Source of the DNA: Armatimonadota bacterium
Lineage (GTDB): Bacteria > Armatimonadota > SYMT01
NCBI GenBank assembly: GCA_046292385.1
Contig: JBKBRF010000059.1
Coordinates: 1-36,911 of the forward strand
DNA: 36,911 bases
Direction of reading: 5' to 3'
The position numbers were made by a program, and so were the translations under genes. Shown in pieces: positions 17,743-27,223 of the stretch. The stretch's first letter is position 1. The number at the start of each line of letters is the position of its first letter. The notes below the pieces were generated by a model. It did not search any database, had not been told where the DNA came from, and saw only the letters and a list, made by a program, of their open reading frames with translations.

Positions 17743-19208
17743 CACTCCGACCTCTCCAGCTCCCGCGCCACCTGATCCGCCAGCAGCCCCGCGGAGACGC
17801 CGTCGAGCTCCGGAATCGGCCGCTCCGGCGGGAGCGCCCGCAGGCACTCGAGCGCCGAGAGACGCAGCTTGCGCGCGCGGTCCGGATCGGACTCCGTCTC
17901 GTAGAGGGACGCGAGGTCAAGAGAGGCGGGCACGAACGAGGGCTCCAGGTAGAGGACGCGCTGCAGGAGCGTCTTCGCCCCCTCGCGGTCGGCCTGCGCC
18001 TCCGCGATCTGGGCGAGCAGGTAGTGCGCTTTCACGGAGAGCGGCTCCAGCTCCAGGAGCGCCCGGCAGAGACGCTCCGCCGCCGGGTAGTCGCCGAGAT
18101 TAGCGCTGCACTGCGCGGCCAGGCCCAGCGCCTCGCGCCGCGCTCCCGTGTTACTCAGGTCGGCATCCTCGTCGAGCAGCTGCCGCACGGAGGCCACTGC
18201 ACTGGCGTACCGCCGCGCCTCGAGCTCGCGGCGCGCCCGGCGAAGGCGCTCCACCGCCTCCGGCTCCGCTGCCGGAGGGGCCGCCGGCGGCGCAGCCGGG
18301 GCGGGGGCTCCGCTCCCCGCGGCCGGTGCGGATCCCGGCTCCGCCTCCGGACCCCGGAAGGGGCGGCGGCGGTAGACGACCGACTCCTCGTAGATCTCGC
18401 TGTCCAGCCCCGGCAGCGCGACCCCGTGGAGCTCCGCGTGGCCGGTCACCAGGTACCCTCCGTCTCGCAGGGTCTCCGAGAAGCGCGCGCCGGCCTGGGC
18501 CACGCCCTCGCGGTCGAAGTAGATCAGCACGTTCCGGCAGAGGATCAGATCGAGCGACCCGCGCGCCAGCTCGGGGGGAGCGCCGCCCGGATCGAGGAGG
18601 TTCGCCTGGCGGAACGTGACTCGCTGCCGCACCGCCGGATCGAGCTCCCACTTGCCGTCGCCGGCCGGCTGGAACCGGCGGCGCCAGCGCTCCGGCAGCG
18701 ACCGGAGTGAGCGCGGGGAATAGACGCCGCGGCGCGCGGTCTCCAGCGCGTAGGGGTTCACGTCGGTGCCGATCAGGGTCAGCTCCCACCCCTCCAGCTC
18801 GGGGAACCGCTCGCTCAAGACCAGCGCGAGCGTGAACGGCTCCTCCCCGGTGGAGCAGCCGGCGCTCCAGCAGCGGAGACGGCGCTCCGAGCGGCGGCTG
18901 CGCACCAACTCCGGGAGGATCTGCCGCGTCAGCAGCTGCCACTGCCCGGCGTCCCGAAAGAAAAAGCTCTCTCCGTTGGTGAGCGCCGCCACCAGGCGGG
19001 TCCACTCCGGCTCCGCGGGCCGGCCCCGCAGGTTCTGCAGGTAGGAGCGCGCATCGTCTTCTCCCACCGCCCGCGCGCGGGAGCGCACCACCTCACCCAG
19101 GCGCGCATTGTCCTTCTCTCGCAGGCAGAGCCCGGCGCGAGACCGCACCTCCTGGCGGAGCCAGCTCACGAGCGGAGCTTCCAGATTCACCGATAGGTCT
19201 TCGTTCAC
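17742..19208 (-). CDS. cheR: CheR methyltransferase with C-terminal TPR
   Basis: LTNGESFFFRD, WSAGCSTGEE, GTD, DLILCRNVLIYF and TPR repeats (LYLEP). Confidence 0.95.
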   Translation of the reverse strand: MNEDLSVNLEAPLVSWLRQEVRSRAGLCLREKDNARLGEVVRSRARAVGEDDARSYLQNLRGRPAEPEWTRLVAALTNGESFFFRDAGQWQLLTRQILPELVRSRRSERRLRCWSAGCSTGEEPFTLALVLSERFPELEGWELTLIGTDVNPYALETARRGVYSPRSLRSLPERWRRRFQPAGDGKWELDPAVRQRVTFRQANLLDPGGAPPELARGSLDLILCRNVLIYFDREGVAQAGARFSETLRDGGYLVTGHAELHGVALPGLDSEIYEESVVYRRRPFRGPEAEPGSAPAAGSGAPAPAAPPAAPPAAEPEAVERLRRARRELEARRYASAVASVRQLLDEDADLSNTGARREALGLAAQCSANLGDYPAAERLCRALLELEPLSVKAHYLLAQIAEAQADREGAKTLLQRVLYLEPSFVPASLDLASLYETESDPDRARKLRLSALECLRALPPERPIPELDGVSAGLLADQVARELERSE

Positions 19209-19464
19209 CGCGGATCAAGAGCGGAGCGCCACCGCTCCGCTCGGAGCGGGGAAGGCGGGAGCGGGGTCACCGAACGAGCCGGCGAGCGGGCGAGGGAGCG
19301 GGGAGCAGCAGCCTTCTTATTCTTCATGTTTGAAGGCTACATTTCCTTGGACGCCGCCGGCGCGCGTCGCTTCGACCGAAACGGCGAGGAAGAGCGGCGG
19401 CGGATCCAGAACGTGGGATCGGTACGGGGAACGCCGCGCGGGCCGGCGACCAGGGAGAACTTGA

Positions 19465-20547
19465 ATGAACGGTAGGGTATGGGAGCGGAGGTCGGTGCTG
19501 CGGCTCGGGCTGGCCGGTATCGCCGCGGCCCTCACTTCCGGCTGCAGCGGTGAAGGCTCGCCGGAAGCAGCGGGCGGCGGGTTGAAGCTCGGCATGGTGA
19601 CCGACGCGGGCGGCGTGGGCGATCTCTCCTTCAACTACATGGCTTCGCTCGGCCTGGAGCGGGCGAAGCAGGAGCTGGGGGCGGAGATCCTGATCATCGA
19701 GTCGCGCCAGCCGTCCGACTACGAGCGCAACCTCCAGCGGGCGGCGGAGCGGGGCTGCGCCGTCGTCTTCGCCATCGGCTTCGCCCTGGAGGACTCGCTC
19801 AAGAAGGTGGCTCCGCAGTACCGGGACGTCCACTTCGGCATCGTCGACGCCGACGGGCCCTCCGAGCCGAACGTCACCGGCATCCGCTTCCGGGAAGAGG
19901 AGGGCGCCTTCCTCGTCGGCGCGCTGGCGGGCGGCATGACGCGCACCGGCACGATCGGCTTCGTCGGCGGCATGGAGATCCCCCTGATCAAGAGGTTCGA
20001 GGCGGGCTACCGGGCCGGACTCCGCACCACCCGCCCCGACGGCAGCGTGCTGGCGAAGTACACCAACAACTGGGAAGAGGTCGACAAGGGGCGGGAGCTG
20101 GCGCTGACCCTCTTCAGCCAGAACGCCGACATCATCTTCCACGGCGCCGGCCGCTGCGGCCTGGGCGTGATCGAAGCGGCGCGCTCCCGCGGACCCGGCT
20201 ACTGGGCGATCGGGGTCGACGCGGACCAGGACCGGCTCGGCACGGCGGACCCGGAAAACCCGCAGCCGCCCTCCCGGGTGCTGACGAGCATGCTGAAGCG
20301 GGTCGACAACGCCGTCTTCACCCTCTGCCAGGAGGCTGCCCAGGGAAAGCTGGAGCCGGGGGTCCGCACCTTCGGCGTGAAAGAGGAGGGCGTGGGCCTG
20401 ACCGAGATGAAATACAGCCGCGCCGAGGTTCCGGAGGAGCTGCTGAAGCGGGTCCAGGAGCTGGAGACGCTGATCCGGGAGGACAAGCTCGACCCGCCGA
20501 CCACCCTGGAAGAGCTGGAGGCCTGGAACCCCCCCTCCGCGGCGTAG
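19465..20547 (+). CDS. BMP family ABC transporter substrate-binding lipoprotein
   Basis: Lipobox LTSGC, GGVGDLSFN, FREEEGAFLVG, GFVGGM, AIGVDADQ and TSMLKRVDNAV. Confidence 0.93.
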   Translation: MNGRVWERRSVLRLGLAGIAAALTSGCSGEGSPEAAGGGLKLGMVTDAGGVGDLSFNYMASLGLERAKQELGAEILIIESRQPSDYERNLQRAAERGCAVVFAIGFALEDSLKKVAPQYRDVHFGIVDADGPSEPNVTGIRFREEEGAFLVGALAGGMTRTGTIGFVGGMEIPLIKRFEAGYRAGLRTTRPDGSVLAKYTNNWEEVDKGRELALTLFSQNADIIFHGAGRCGLGVIEAARSRGPGYWAIGVDADQDRLGTADPENPQPPSRVLTSMLKRVDNAVFTLCQEAAQGKLEPGVRTFGVKEEGVGLTEMKYSRAEVPEELLKRVQELETLIREDKLDPPTTLEELEAWNPPSAA

Positions 20548-20548
20548 T

Positions 20549-20586
20549 CGATCGGAGAGGCCGCGGCGCCGCGGCCTCTCCGATCG
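20549..20586. terminator. Perfect 38-bp palindrome between convergent genes
   Basis: CGATCGGAGAGGCCGCGGC|GCCGCGGCCTCTCCGATCG, with no U-tract. Confidence 0.55.
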
Positions 20587-20592
20587 CGATGA

Positions 20593-21909
20593 TTACCACA
20601 TCGGCACGTCAAGCTCGAGCCGGCGGCCCTCCCGAAGCAGCGTCAGCCTCACCCGGTCACCGGGCGGGTGCTGCAGCCGGAGGTAGGCGAGGTAGTCGCC
20701 TTCGTTCGCGAAGTCGGACCTTCCGTCCGCCGCCAGGATCACGTCACCGATCCGCACCCCCGCTTTCACCACCGGCTCGGCGCGGACACCGTAGAGACCG
20801 GTGACGCGCAACGCCATCGCTCCCGACGGGATGCTCGCGGCGGCTCTTTCTTCCTCCGGCAGCGGGGTGCACCAGACGCCCCAGCGAAGGCCCGGACCGG
20901 AGGATGGCCGCCAGGTGAGATCGGTCCGTTTCCAATCTCCGGAGAGTGCCAGGGTGGCGGTGCGCACCGCTCCCGCCCGCAGGTACCCCGCTTTTAGCTT
21001 CGGAGCGGCCGGTGCGTGGTGGAGCACCCACTGGATATCCGCCTGCGAGAGGAGCGGCTGGCCGTCGAGCGCCCGCAGCTCATCGCCGGGCTGGAGCCCC
21101 GCCTTCGCGGCGGGCGACCCGGGGGCGACCGCTTCGATCCGGAGACCATCGTCGACCACCATCTTCATCCCGGCATTCTCCGGGAGCGGATAGACCCAGA
21201 GATCGGCGGGCTTCAACTGCTTCGCCTGCCACTTGAGTCGCAGCGGCGTCTCCCGCGCCTGGTGGCAGTGGAGGCACCCGTCGCCCTCCCGGTTGATGCG
21301 GAGCGGCCGGTCCTCGAAGCCGGGCATCGCGTTGAGCGTACGATACTCCGGCGCGGGCCCCCGCTTGGCCGCCAACTGCTCCCGGTTCGCCGGGTAGCCG
21401 CGGTGCAGCGCCAGCGCGCGCTCCATCGTCCTCCGGAAGGAAGCGAGGGAGACGTGTGTCGAGGACTCCGCGCCTTTGCCCGCACGAGTGCCGTAGCGCC
21501 CGTAGATCGTCCCGTCCGCATTCAGGAAGAAGGCGGCGAGAGTCTGGTCGTAGTCGAACTGGAACAGGCCCAGGTCGAGCCCGTTCATCTGCACCAGCCG
21601 CACGCAGACGAACTGCTTCTGGAGCGCCTCCACCTCGCCTTGAGGACGAGCCAACTGCTCGTCCAGTTCAGCACAGGCCGCTCAAGGCACGCAGCGCAGC
21701 AGCGCCAGGATCGGCTTCCCGGTCGCCTTCGCCTGCGCTGCCGCCGCGGGGAAGTCGTCGTAGATCCAGTGCGGGGCCACCCGATCGTCCGCCAGCGCTT
21801 TCCGCAGCCGCTCCTGCGCCTGCAGCCCGGCCGCGGTCAGCAAGACGGCGCCGGCCAGCAGGCCGACCGTCCACCGGCTGCCGCGCCGGCTCTTCATCCA
21901 TCCAGTCAT
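20593..21909 (-). CDS. Thioredoxin-like/PDZ domain selenoprotein (Sec at TGA 21682-21684; UxxC; CxxCH)
   Basis: ORFs 21682-22029 and 20593-21654 are in the same frame and join as KPILALLRCVP-U-AACAELD. Has a signal peptide, CLHCH and two PDZ domains. Start at 21909 (GGAG SD) or 21897. Confidence 0.88.
21644..21664 (-). promoter_or_regulatory. Bacterial SECIS-like hairpin
   Basis: GGACGAGC-AGUUG-GCUCGUCC: an 8-bp perfect stem starting 17 nt after the UGA, with G at loop position 2. Confidence 0.75.
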
Positions 21910-21973
21910 CCACTCACTCCCATCCGGCACCCTCGGCGCCAGCCGGAGGCACCTGGTCTCCGAACCAGGGGGA

Positions 21974-22789
21974 TTACTCCAGGTCCCACAGCTCATCCGT
22001 CGTCGGATCCCCATCCCGATCGATGTCACCGACGTTGTGCTGCTTCAGCAGCTCGAGCGGGGCATTGGAGCGGGCGTAGATCTGGGGACGCCTCGACTTC
22101 GCGTGACCGTCCGCCCAGATCACGATTCCCATCTCGTTGTGCCGGCCGTGGAAGCAGCTCCCTCCCCGGGATGGGGGGCACGGATGCGGGGTCGACTGGA
22201 GCTGCCCCTTGACGAACCGTGCCGAATCGTGGAACACCACCGTCTCCGCCGGCGACTGGATCGCCGCGAGAGAGACCGGATCGATCAGGATCTGCGTCGG
22301 AGGCCACCCGACCGTCGTGGTGGGAGCAAGATAGCGGTCGTTGTAGGCGTAGCCGAGAGAGTCGTCCTGTGCGCGGCCGACGGGCGGCCGGGACGGGCAC
22401 GCCTTCAGCATCCCGCTCTTGGTGTAGGGATAGAGGAGCGCCTCATCGTCTCGGTAGACGCCCTGGTTGTCCCAGCTCCCGTACCAGCGCCACTCCTTCT
22501 GCCAGCCGGAGCCGACGCAGCACCAGTAGCCGCCGGGGGACACTCGTTCGTCGTAGTCCTGGGCGTACATCATCCACGCCGTGCCGATCTGACGGGCGTT
22601 GGACGCACACATGGTGCCCCGCGCCGCCTCTCGCGCCCGGGCAAAGACCGGGAACAGGATCGCCGCCAGAATGGCGATGATCGCGATCACGACGAGGAGC
22701 TCGATCAGGGTGAAGCCGCGACGGCTCGTCGCCGCCTTCTGGAGAAAAGCGAGTCGCGTCCGCGGGCGCACTTCCGCTGGAAGATGCAT
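21974..22789 (-). CDS. Prepilin-type N-terminal cleavage/methylation domain protein (DUF1559-like, H-X9-DG)
   Basis: [52 protein letters not shown] and [16 protein letters not shown]. Confidence 0.92.
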   Translation of the reverse strand: MHLPAEVRPRTRLAFLQKAATSRRGFTLIELLVVIAIIAILAAILFPVFARAREAARGTMCASNARQIGTAWMMYAQDYDERVSPGGYWCCVGSGWQKEWRWYGSWDNQGVYRDDEALLYPYTKSGMLKACPSRPPVGRAQDDSLGYAYNDRYLAPTTTVGWPPTQILIDPVSLAAIQSPAETVVFHDSARFVKGQLQSTPHPCPPSRGGSCFHGRHNEMGIVIWADGHAKSRRPQIYARSNAPLELLKQHNVGDIDRDGDPTTDELWDLE

Positions 22790-23271
22790 AAAACCTCCCC
22801 AACCCCTGCAAGGGGGTAGCCACGGAGCCGGGGAGTGGTAGAATCGGGTGGGGACGGGTGAGCCACCAGCACACCCGGCTCGGGCCCTCCGGTGCGCCAA
22901 CACCGGGGGGCCTTTTCTCTTGTCGCCGCTCCTCCAGGGGAGCGACGGAACAACTATAGCCCACCTCAAGAAGCTCTGCCACTCCGCCGTGAAGTTTTTT
23001 TAACCTGCACTAAATTACGGGCGCAAGTGGCGGCAGACTGCGGCGACAGGGGGAGGAGAGGCGGAGTGAGTGCCGCTCGAATTCCGGAGCGGGAGCCGGG
23101 GGAGACCCGGGAGGACGGCCTGGCGAGCGCCCGGAGATCGAATTACGCGAAAATTGGGAACCTGAAGCGGCGGCGGGCAGTCCTAAAACTGCGTTCCGGG
23201 ATAAACCCGAGCCAATTACTGGCCGCCCGGGGTCTTAACCGACCTCGGCGCGGCATTTTTTCTTTCTGCGG

Positions 23272-23571
23272 CTACTTACCCGCCGCGCGCTTCAGGGGTG
23301 GCTCGGCAGCGACGCCGAAGGACTCGGGACGCCGCGTCTGCGGATAACGCAGCTTCCAGAGCCAGCCGTACAGCACCCGATACCACCACGGACCCAGCAG
23401 CCCGGTACTCAGGCGCCGGCCGCAATCCGGGCACTCGCTGTAGAGGACCGGCGTGCGGACTTCCCGGTGGTCCGCGCCGATGATGAGGCCTTTACCTCGC
23501 CAGAGGCAATCGGCTGGAATGTCGCTCTCACACCGTTCACAGTAGGTAACAGGCTCTTCCGGATACCACAT
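23272..23571 (-). CDS. Hypothetical zinc-ribbon protein (CxxC...CxxC)
   Basis: 99 aa from ATG 23571 with CERC and CPDC and a Trp-rich C-terminal segment. Confidence 0.6.
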   Translation of the reverse strand: MWYPEEPVTYCERCESDIPADCLWRGKGLIIGADHREVRTPVLYSECPDCGRRLSTGLLGPWWYRVLYGWLWKLRYPQTRRPESFGVAAEPPLKRAAGK

Positions 23572-23916
23572 GGAGGGCTCGCCCAGCGGAGCGCCCGTCA
23601 CACCCGGGACCGGAGAACTGGCCACGTCGGAGCGCCCTGCTGCTTCTACTATTGTCGAGAAAGCGCTTGCGCCGCCGAAACTTCGCTCCGCAGTTTTTCC
23701 ATGGTCCGAACCCGGCAGAGGGAGGCACAGGAGGGAGTTCCCGCGGGGCTGAGCACCGCAAACCTCCGGAGGTGCAGCGACGCCGATCCTCGCCACAAAC
23801 GGGGCTCGGGTCTGACGTTGTGGGGATGAGCCGCTCCTACCGGTCGCCACCCGAGTCATCCCGCGCCTCAGGCACGGCCCGAAGAAACGGGATGGAGACA
23901 CCGCTCCCCGAGCTTT

Positions 23917-23951
23917 GTCATTCTGAACCCAGTGAAGAATCTCGGCAGCCG
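23917..23951 (+). repeat. Solo arm of GTCAT(C/T)CTGAAC..AGTGAAG(G/A)ATCT repeat
   Basis: Matches 24285-24319 with 4 mismatches. Confidence 0.75.
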
Positions 23952-24189
23952 TCGTGGTTCGGGGTACGCATGCGCGTGACGAGGAGTCGGCCCGGCGGGG
24001 CGCTCCCGAGGGTCCGACCGCGACGGCTCTCCGCCGAGCAGCGTAGCTACGCAAGTGGCCTCGCTATCGAGGGGGCGAGAGCAAGCTCCCCCCGTACTGG
24101 GGGCAAGCATTCACACTCCAGAGACCAGACCGAGCCGGTACTCCCTCTCGCCGGAAGGGATACATCTGCGGTGAAGCCTGTGGAGTGCG

Positions 24190-24555
24190 GTGGCTTGTGT
24201 CACACGCTGTAAGGTTGGTGCCCCCGGGGCGCAGCGTAAGATCTGCCCAGAGGAACGAACGGCCCCTCACGTACTTCTACCCCAGTCATCCTGAACGGAG
24301 TGAAGGATCTCGGCAGCCGGAAGGGAACGGAGTACGCAGGCCGTGACGCGGGCTCTACCGTCGGTGCCCTTCCGCACGGCAAGCCTCCCGCTCCGGCGCG
24401 GAGGGGGCGACGTAGATCCTTCACTGCGTTCAGGATGACTGGGATGGGGAAACGAAGGCGGCCGAGCTTTTCCCGCCCCTCCCGAACCGCGGACGGCGGC
24501 AAATCTCGCCTGCGCCGCCAGTGGCGTAACTTTACAGCGTGTGACACTTGCCACC
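24190..24555. repeat. Nested palindromic composite: outer TGTCACACGCTGTAA IR, inner GTCATCCTGAAC IR
   Basis: Outer arms at about 24197-24247 and 24498-24547. Inner arms 24281-24310 and 24414-24443 pair at 29/30. Confidence 0.85.
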
Positions 24556-24721
24556 GCTTCAGTGCTCGGCCGCCGGTCATCCTCCGGCCCCGCTGAATCG
24601 GCCACCAGTATCCCGACTGCGGGGCAGGCATTCGCAGTGCAGAGCAGGCTTCCCGACGGGGTAGTGGCCGCCGGGTGCTACCGATGGCTCACGCGGGCAG
24701 GCTGCACCCTCGGACGGGCTA

Positions 24722-25645
24722 CTATTCCGCGATGATCTTGGTGGAGACCACCTTCAGCGGCCGGGGGAGCGGGCCGGAGTTGAAGACGAGGGCGAGATAG
24801 CGGGCTTCCCGCTCCGAGCCGAATCCACCCATGATGTCGGTCTGGGCCCGCTGCTCGTCCTCGCGCTCGTCCCGCTCCTCGCCTTCCGCGCGCGGCTCCC
24901 CCTTCTTTCGCTTCCGCTTTGGCGGGGGCGGCTGCAGCGCTCCGTTCAGCGCCACCAACTCTCCGTCCAGTACCACTCCGAGGAGCCGGCCGGGACGCTT
25001 GTAGAAGCCGGAGAGGCGCCGGGTCGCCCGCTGGCTCAGCTCCACCCGCACCGCCATCAGGACCCCGCTGGAGACGAGTCGGGCGGTGCCGGGCTCCAGG
25101 TCCGAGTTGTCGGCCACCCGCGGGCAGCGCTCGAGGAACTCCTCGACGGAGAGCGTCCGGTTGGACCTGGTGTCCCGGAAGCGAAGGCTCGTCTCCGACT
25201 CCCGGCCGCCCTCGACGCGCCGCACTTCGAGGAGGTACCGGTCGGAGCTCCCGATGCCGGTCCGGAGGTCCTTCAGCTCCCGCATCTCCAGGAGGCCCTG
25301 GCGGCGGAGAAACTCCAGCTGGTCCGGGCTCACCGCGCTGGAGGGCGCCTTCACGACGATCTCGGTCGGAGAGCCGGCGGTCACCGTGCCGCCCATCTCC
25401 GCGAAGATCGGGAGCCGCTTCGTTAGCACCTCCTCGATCCGCTTCAGCTCCTCCGGCTTGAGCGCCTTGCCTCGCTGCTCCGGCGGCAGCGCCGCGGTGT
25501 CGACCGCCAGCTTGATCTCGGTCAGGAAGTCGTCCGCCGCGGCGGAGTCCCGGGCTCCGCCGCACGCGGCGATCAGGATGGCCGCGATCAGGACGACCGG
25601 AGCGACCGCGCGGCTGGGGATGCGGAACGGGCGGATCATCTTCAC
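24722..25645 (-). CDS. SecDF periplasmic (P1 head)-like lipoprotein without the SecD TM core
   Basis: Lipobox LIAAC, GLLEMRE, V.VELS..ATRRL, GVVLDGELV and GGF...EA..LA..FNSGPLP.PL. Confidence 0.75.
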   Translation of the reverse strand: MKMIRPFRIPSRAVAPVVLIAAILIAACGGARDSAAADDFLTEIKLAVDTAALPPEQRGKALKPEELKRIEEVLTKRLPIFAEMGGTVTAGSPTEIVVKAPSSAVSPDQLEFLRRQGLLEMRELKDLRTGIGSSDRYLLEVRRVEGGRESETSLRFRDTRSNRTLSVEEFLERCPRVADNSDLEPGTARLVSSGVLMAVRVELSQRATRRLSGFYKRPGRLLGVVLDGELVALNGALQPPPPKRKRKKGEPRAEGEERDEREDEQRAQTDIMGGFGSEREARYLALVFNSGPLPRPLKVVSTKIIAE

Positions 25646-25669
25646 CTCACTTGCGAGCCGCGGCGGGCA

Positions 25670-27223
25670 CTACGTGACGGCAGCGACCGCCGGCCGCGCC
25701 TCCAGGTGCTTTCCGAACACTTCCTCTACGGCGCCGCGCTGGTTCTGTACGCCCCACAGCTCGAGCTGGCAGTCCGAGTCGGAGACGATCTCCATCGAGA
25801 GCACCTGGCCCCGGCTCTGCAGGGTACAGCGGACCGTATCGACACGGCCGAGGTGGCCGCGGTCGAGCGATTCGGCGAGGCGCAGGATCGTAGAGAGCAC
25901 GGTCACGCTCTCCCGCTGCTTGCGGCTCAGGTCCGCCATCGCCTCCTCCCGGCGCTTCGGCAGCCCCTTCCGGTGATGGAGCACCATCGCGGCGAGCATC
26001 GCGATCTCGGTCGAGTCGAAGCCGAGCAGCGGACTGTTGCGCACCAGGTAGTAGCCGTGCTTGTGATGGTCGGTGTAGGAGATAAACCCGCCGATATCGT
26101 GGAGGATCGCGCCGTAGCAGAGCAGCTCCCGCTCCTCCGCGCCGTACTGGTGCAGGGAGAGCTCGCGGAACTGGTCGAAGAGCTGGGTGGAGAGATCGGC
26201 CACCTTCAGCGCGTGCGCTTCTTCGAACTGGCACCGCCGCGCCAGCTGGAAGACGCTGCGGTGGCGGATCGACTCGCCGACGATCGCCTCCGCGCCGCCG
26301 GCGGAGCGCCCGAGCCGGTCGACGATCATCCCCTCGCGGAGGGCGCGGTCGCTGGTGTGGAGGCCGGTGGCGCCGACCTCGCGCATGACCGTGGTGAGCA
26401 CGGCGGCCCCGGCGACGATGATGTCGGCGCGCTCCGGATTGATACCGGGCACCTTTCGCCGCTGCTCCAACGTCATCCCGCAGAGCCGCGCCGTCTGCGC
26501 CTCCAGGTCATCCAGCTTTACAAAGTAGCCGGAAGGCGCGACCTCTCCCTTGCTGCGCGCCACGATCTCCGCCAGGTTCAGGATCGTGCCGGAGCTGCCG
26601 TACATCAGGTCGAAGCCCTGCTGGCGGACCCGCTGCACGGAGTGGAACGCCACGCCGCGCACGTACTCCTGGATGCGCCGGAAAAGCTGCGGCTGGATCG
26701 GGCCGGTCTCACCCTCCGTGAAGATCCCCGCCACCCGGATCGCGCCGAGCTTCGTGCTCTCCAGCAGCACCGGCCCGGCGTTGTCGCCGACCGCCAGCTC
26801 CGTGCTGCCGCCGCCGATGTCGATCACCAGCGCCTGCTGCGCGCCGATGTCGACCCCGGAGAGCACGCCCAGGTAAATGAGCCGCGCCTCTTCGGCGCCG
26901 GAGATGACGTTCACGTCGATCCCCAGCTCCTCGCGGGCCCGCTCCACGAACTCGCTCTGGTTCTCCGCCTCGCGGAGCGCGGAGGTGCCGAAGACGGCGA
27001 TCTCCGAGACGCCGAAGCCGCGCGCCACCTCCACGAAGTTGGAGAGCACCAGCAAGCCCCGCTCCATCGCTCGCTGCGTGAGCTGGTTGCTGGCGAATTC
27101 ACCCTCCCCCAGCCGCACCACTTCCTTGCGGGTGGAGAGGAGGTTGTACGTCAGGTCCGGCTCGGGCTGCACTACCCCGAGCCGGATCGAGTTGGTTCCG
27201 ATGTCGATGACCGCAAACGGCAT
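25670..27223 (-). CDS. ppx: Ppx/GppA exopolyphosphatase with HD domain
   Basis: VIDIGTNSIRL, TSALREA, GAEEARL, DIGGGSTE, ALREG, LHDIG and HHKH. Confidence 0.95.
   Translation of the reverse strand: MPFAVIDIGTNSIRLGVVQPEPDLTYNLLSTRKEVVRLGEGEFASNQLTQRAMERGLLVLSNFVEVARGFGVSEIAVFGTSALREAENQSEFVERAREELGIDVNVISGAEEARLIYLGVLSGVDIGAQQALVIDIGGGSTELAVGDNAGPVLLESTKLGAIRVAGIFTEGETGPIQPQLFRRIQEYVRGVAFHSVQRVRQQGFDLMYGSSGTILNLAEIVARSKGEVAPSGYFVKLDDLEAQTARLCGMTLEQRRKVPGINPERADIIVAGAAVLTTVMREVGATGLHTSDRALREGMIVDRLGRSAGGAEAIVGESIRHRSVFQLARRCQFEEAHALKVADLSTQLFDQFRELSLHQYGAEERELLCYGAILHDIGGFISYTDHHKHGYYLVRNSPLLGFDSTEIAMLAAMVLHHRKGLPKRREEAMADLSRKQRESVTVLSTILRLAESLDRGHLGRVDTVRCTLQSRGQVLSMEIVSDSDCQLELWGVQNQRGAVEEVFGKHLEARPAVAAVT

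Noticed and set aside
20593..21654. PDZ ORF starting at TTG 21654 as a separate gene with an upstream pseudogene
   Set aside because: The in-frame UGA at a redox-Cys position plus the SECIS-like hairpin indicates a single selenoprotein.
22892..23347. 151-aa plus-strand ORF after TGGTAGAAT (about 22836)
   Set aside because: Atypical composition, no SD and no motifs. It is probably non-coding.
23572..24054. N-terminal extension of the ORF-track call 23272-24054, or a riboswitch in this region
   Set aside because: The extension translates repeat DNA, and I could not match a known riboswitch consensus.
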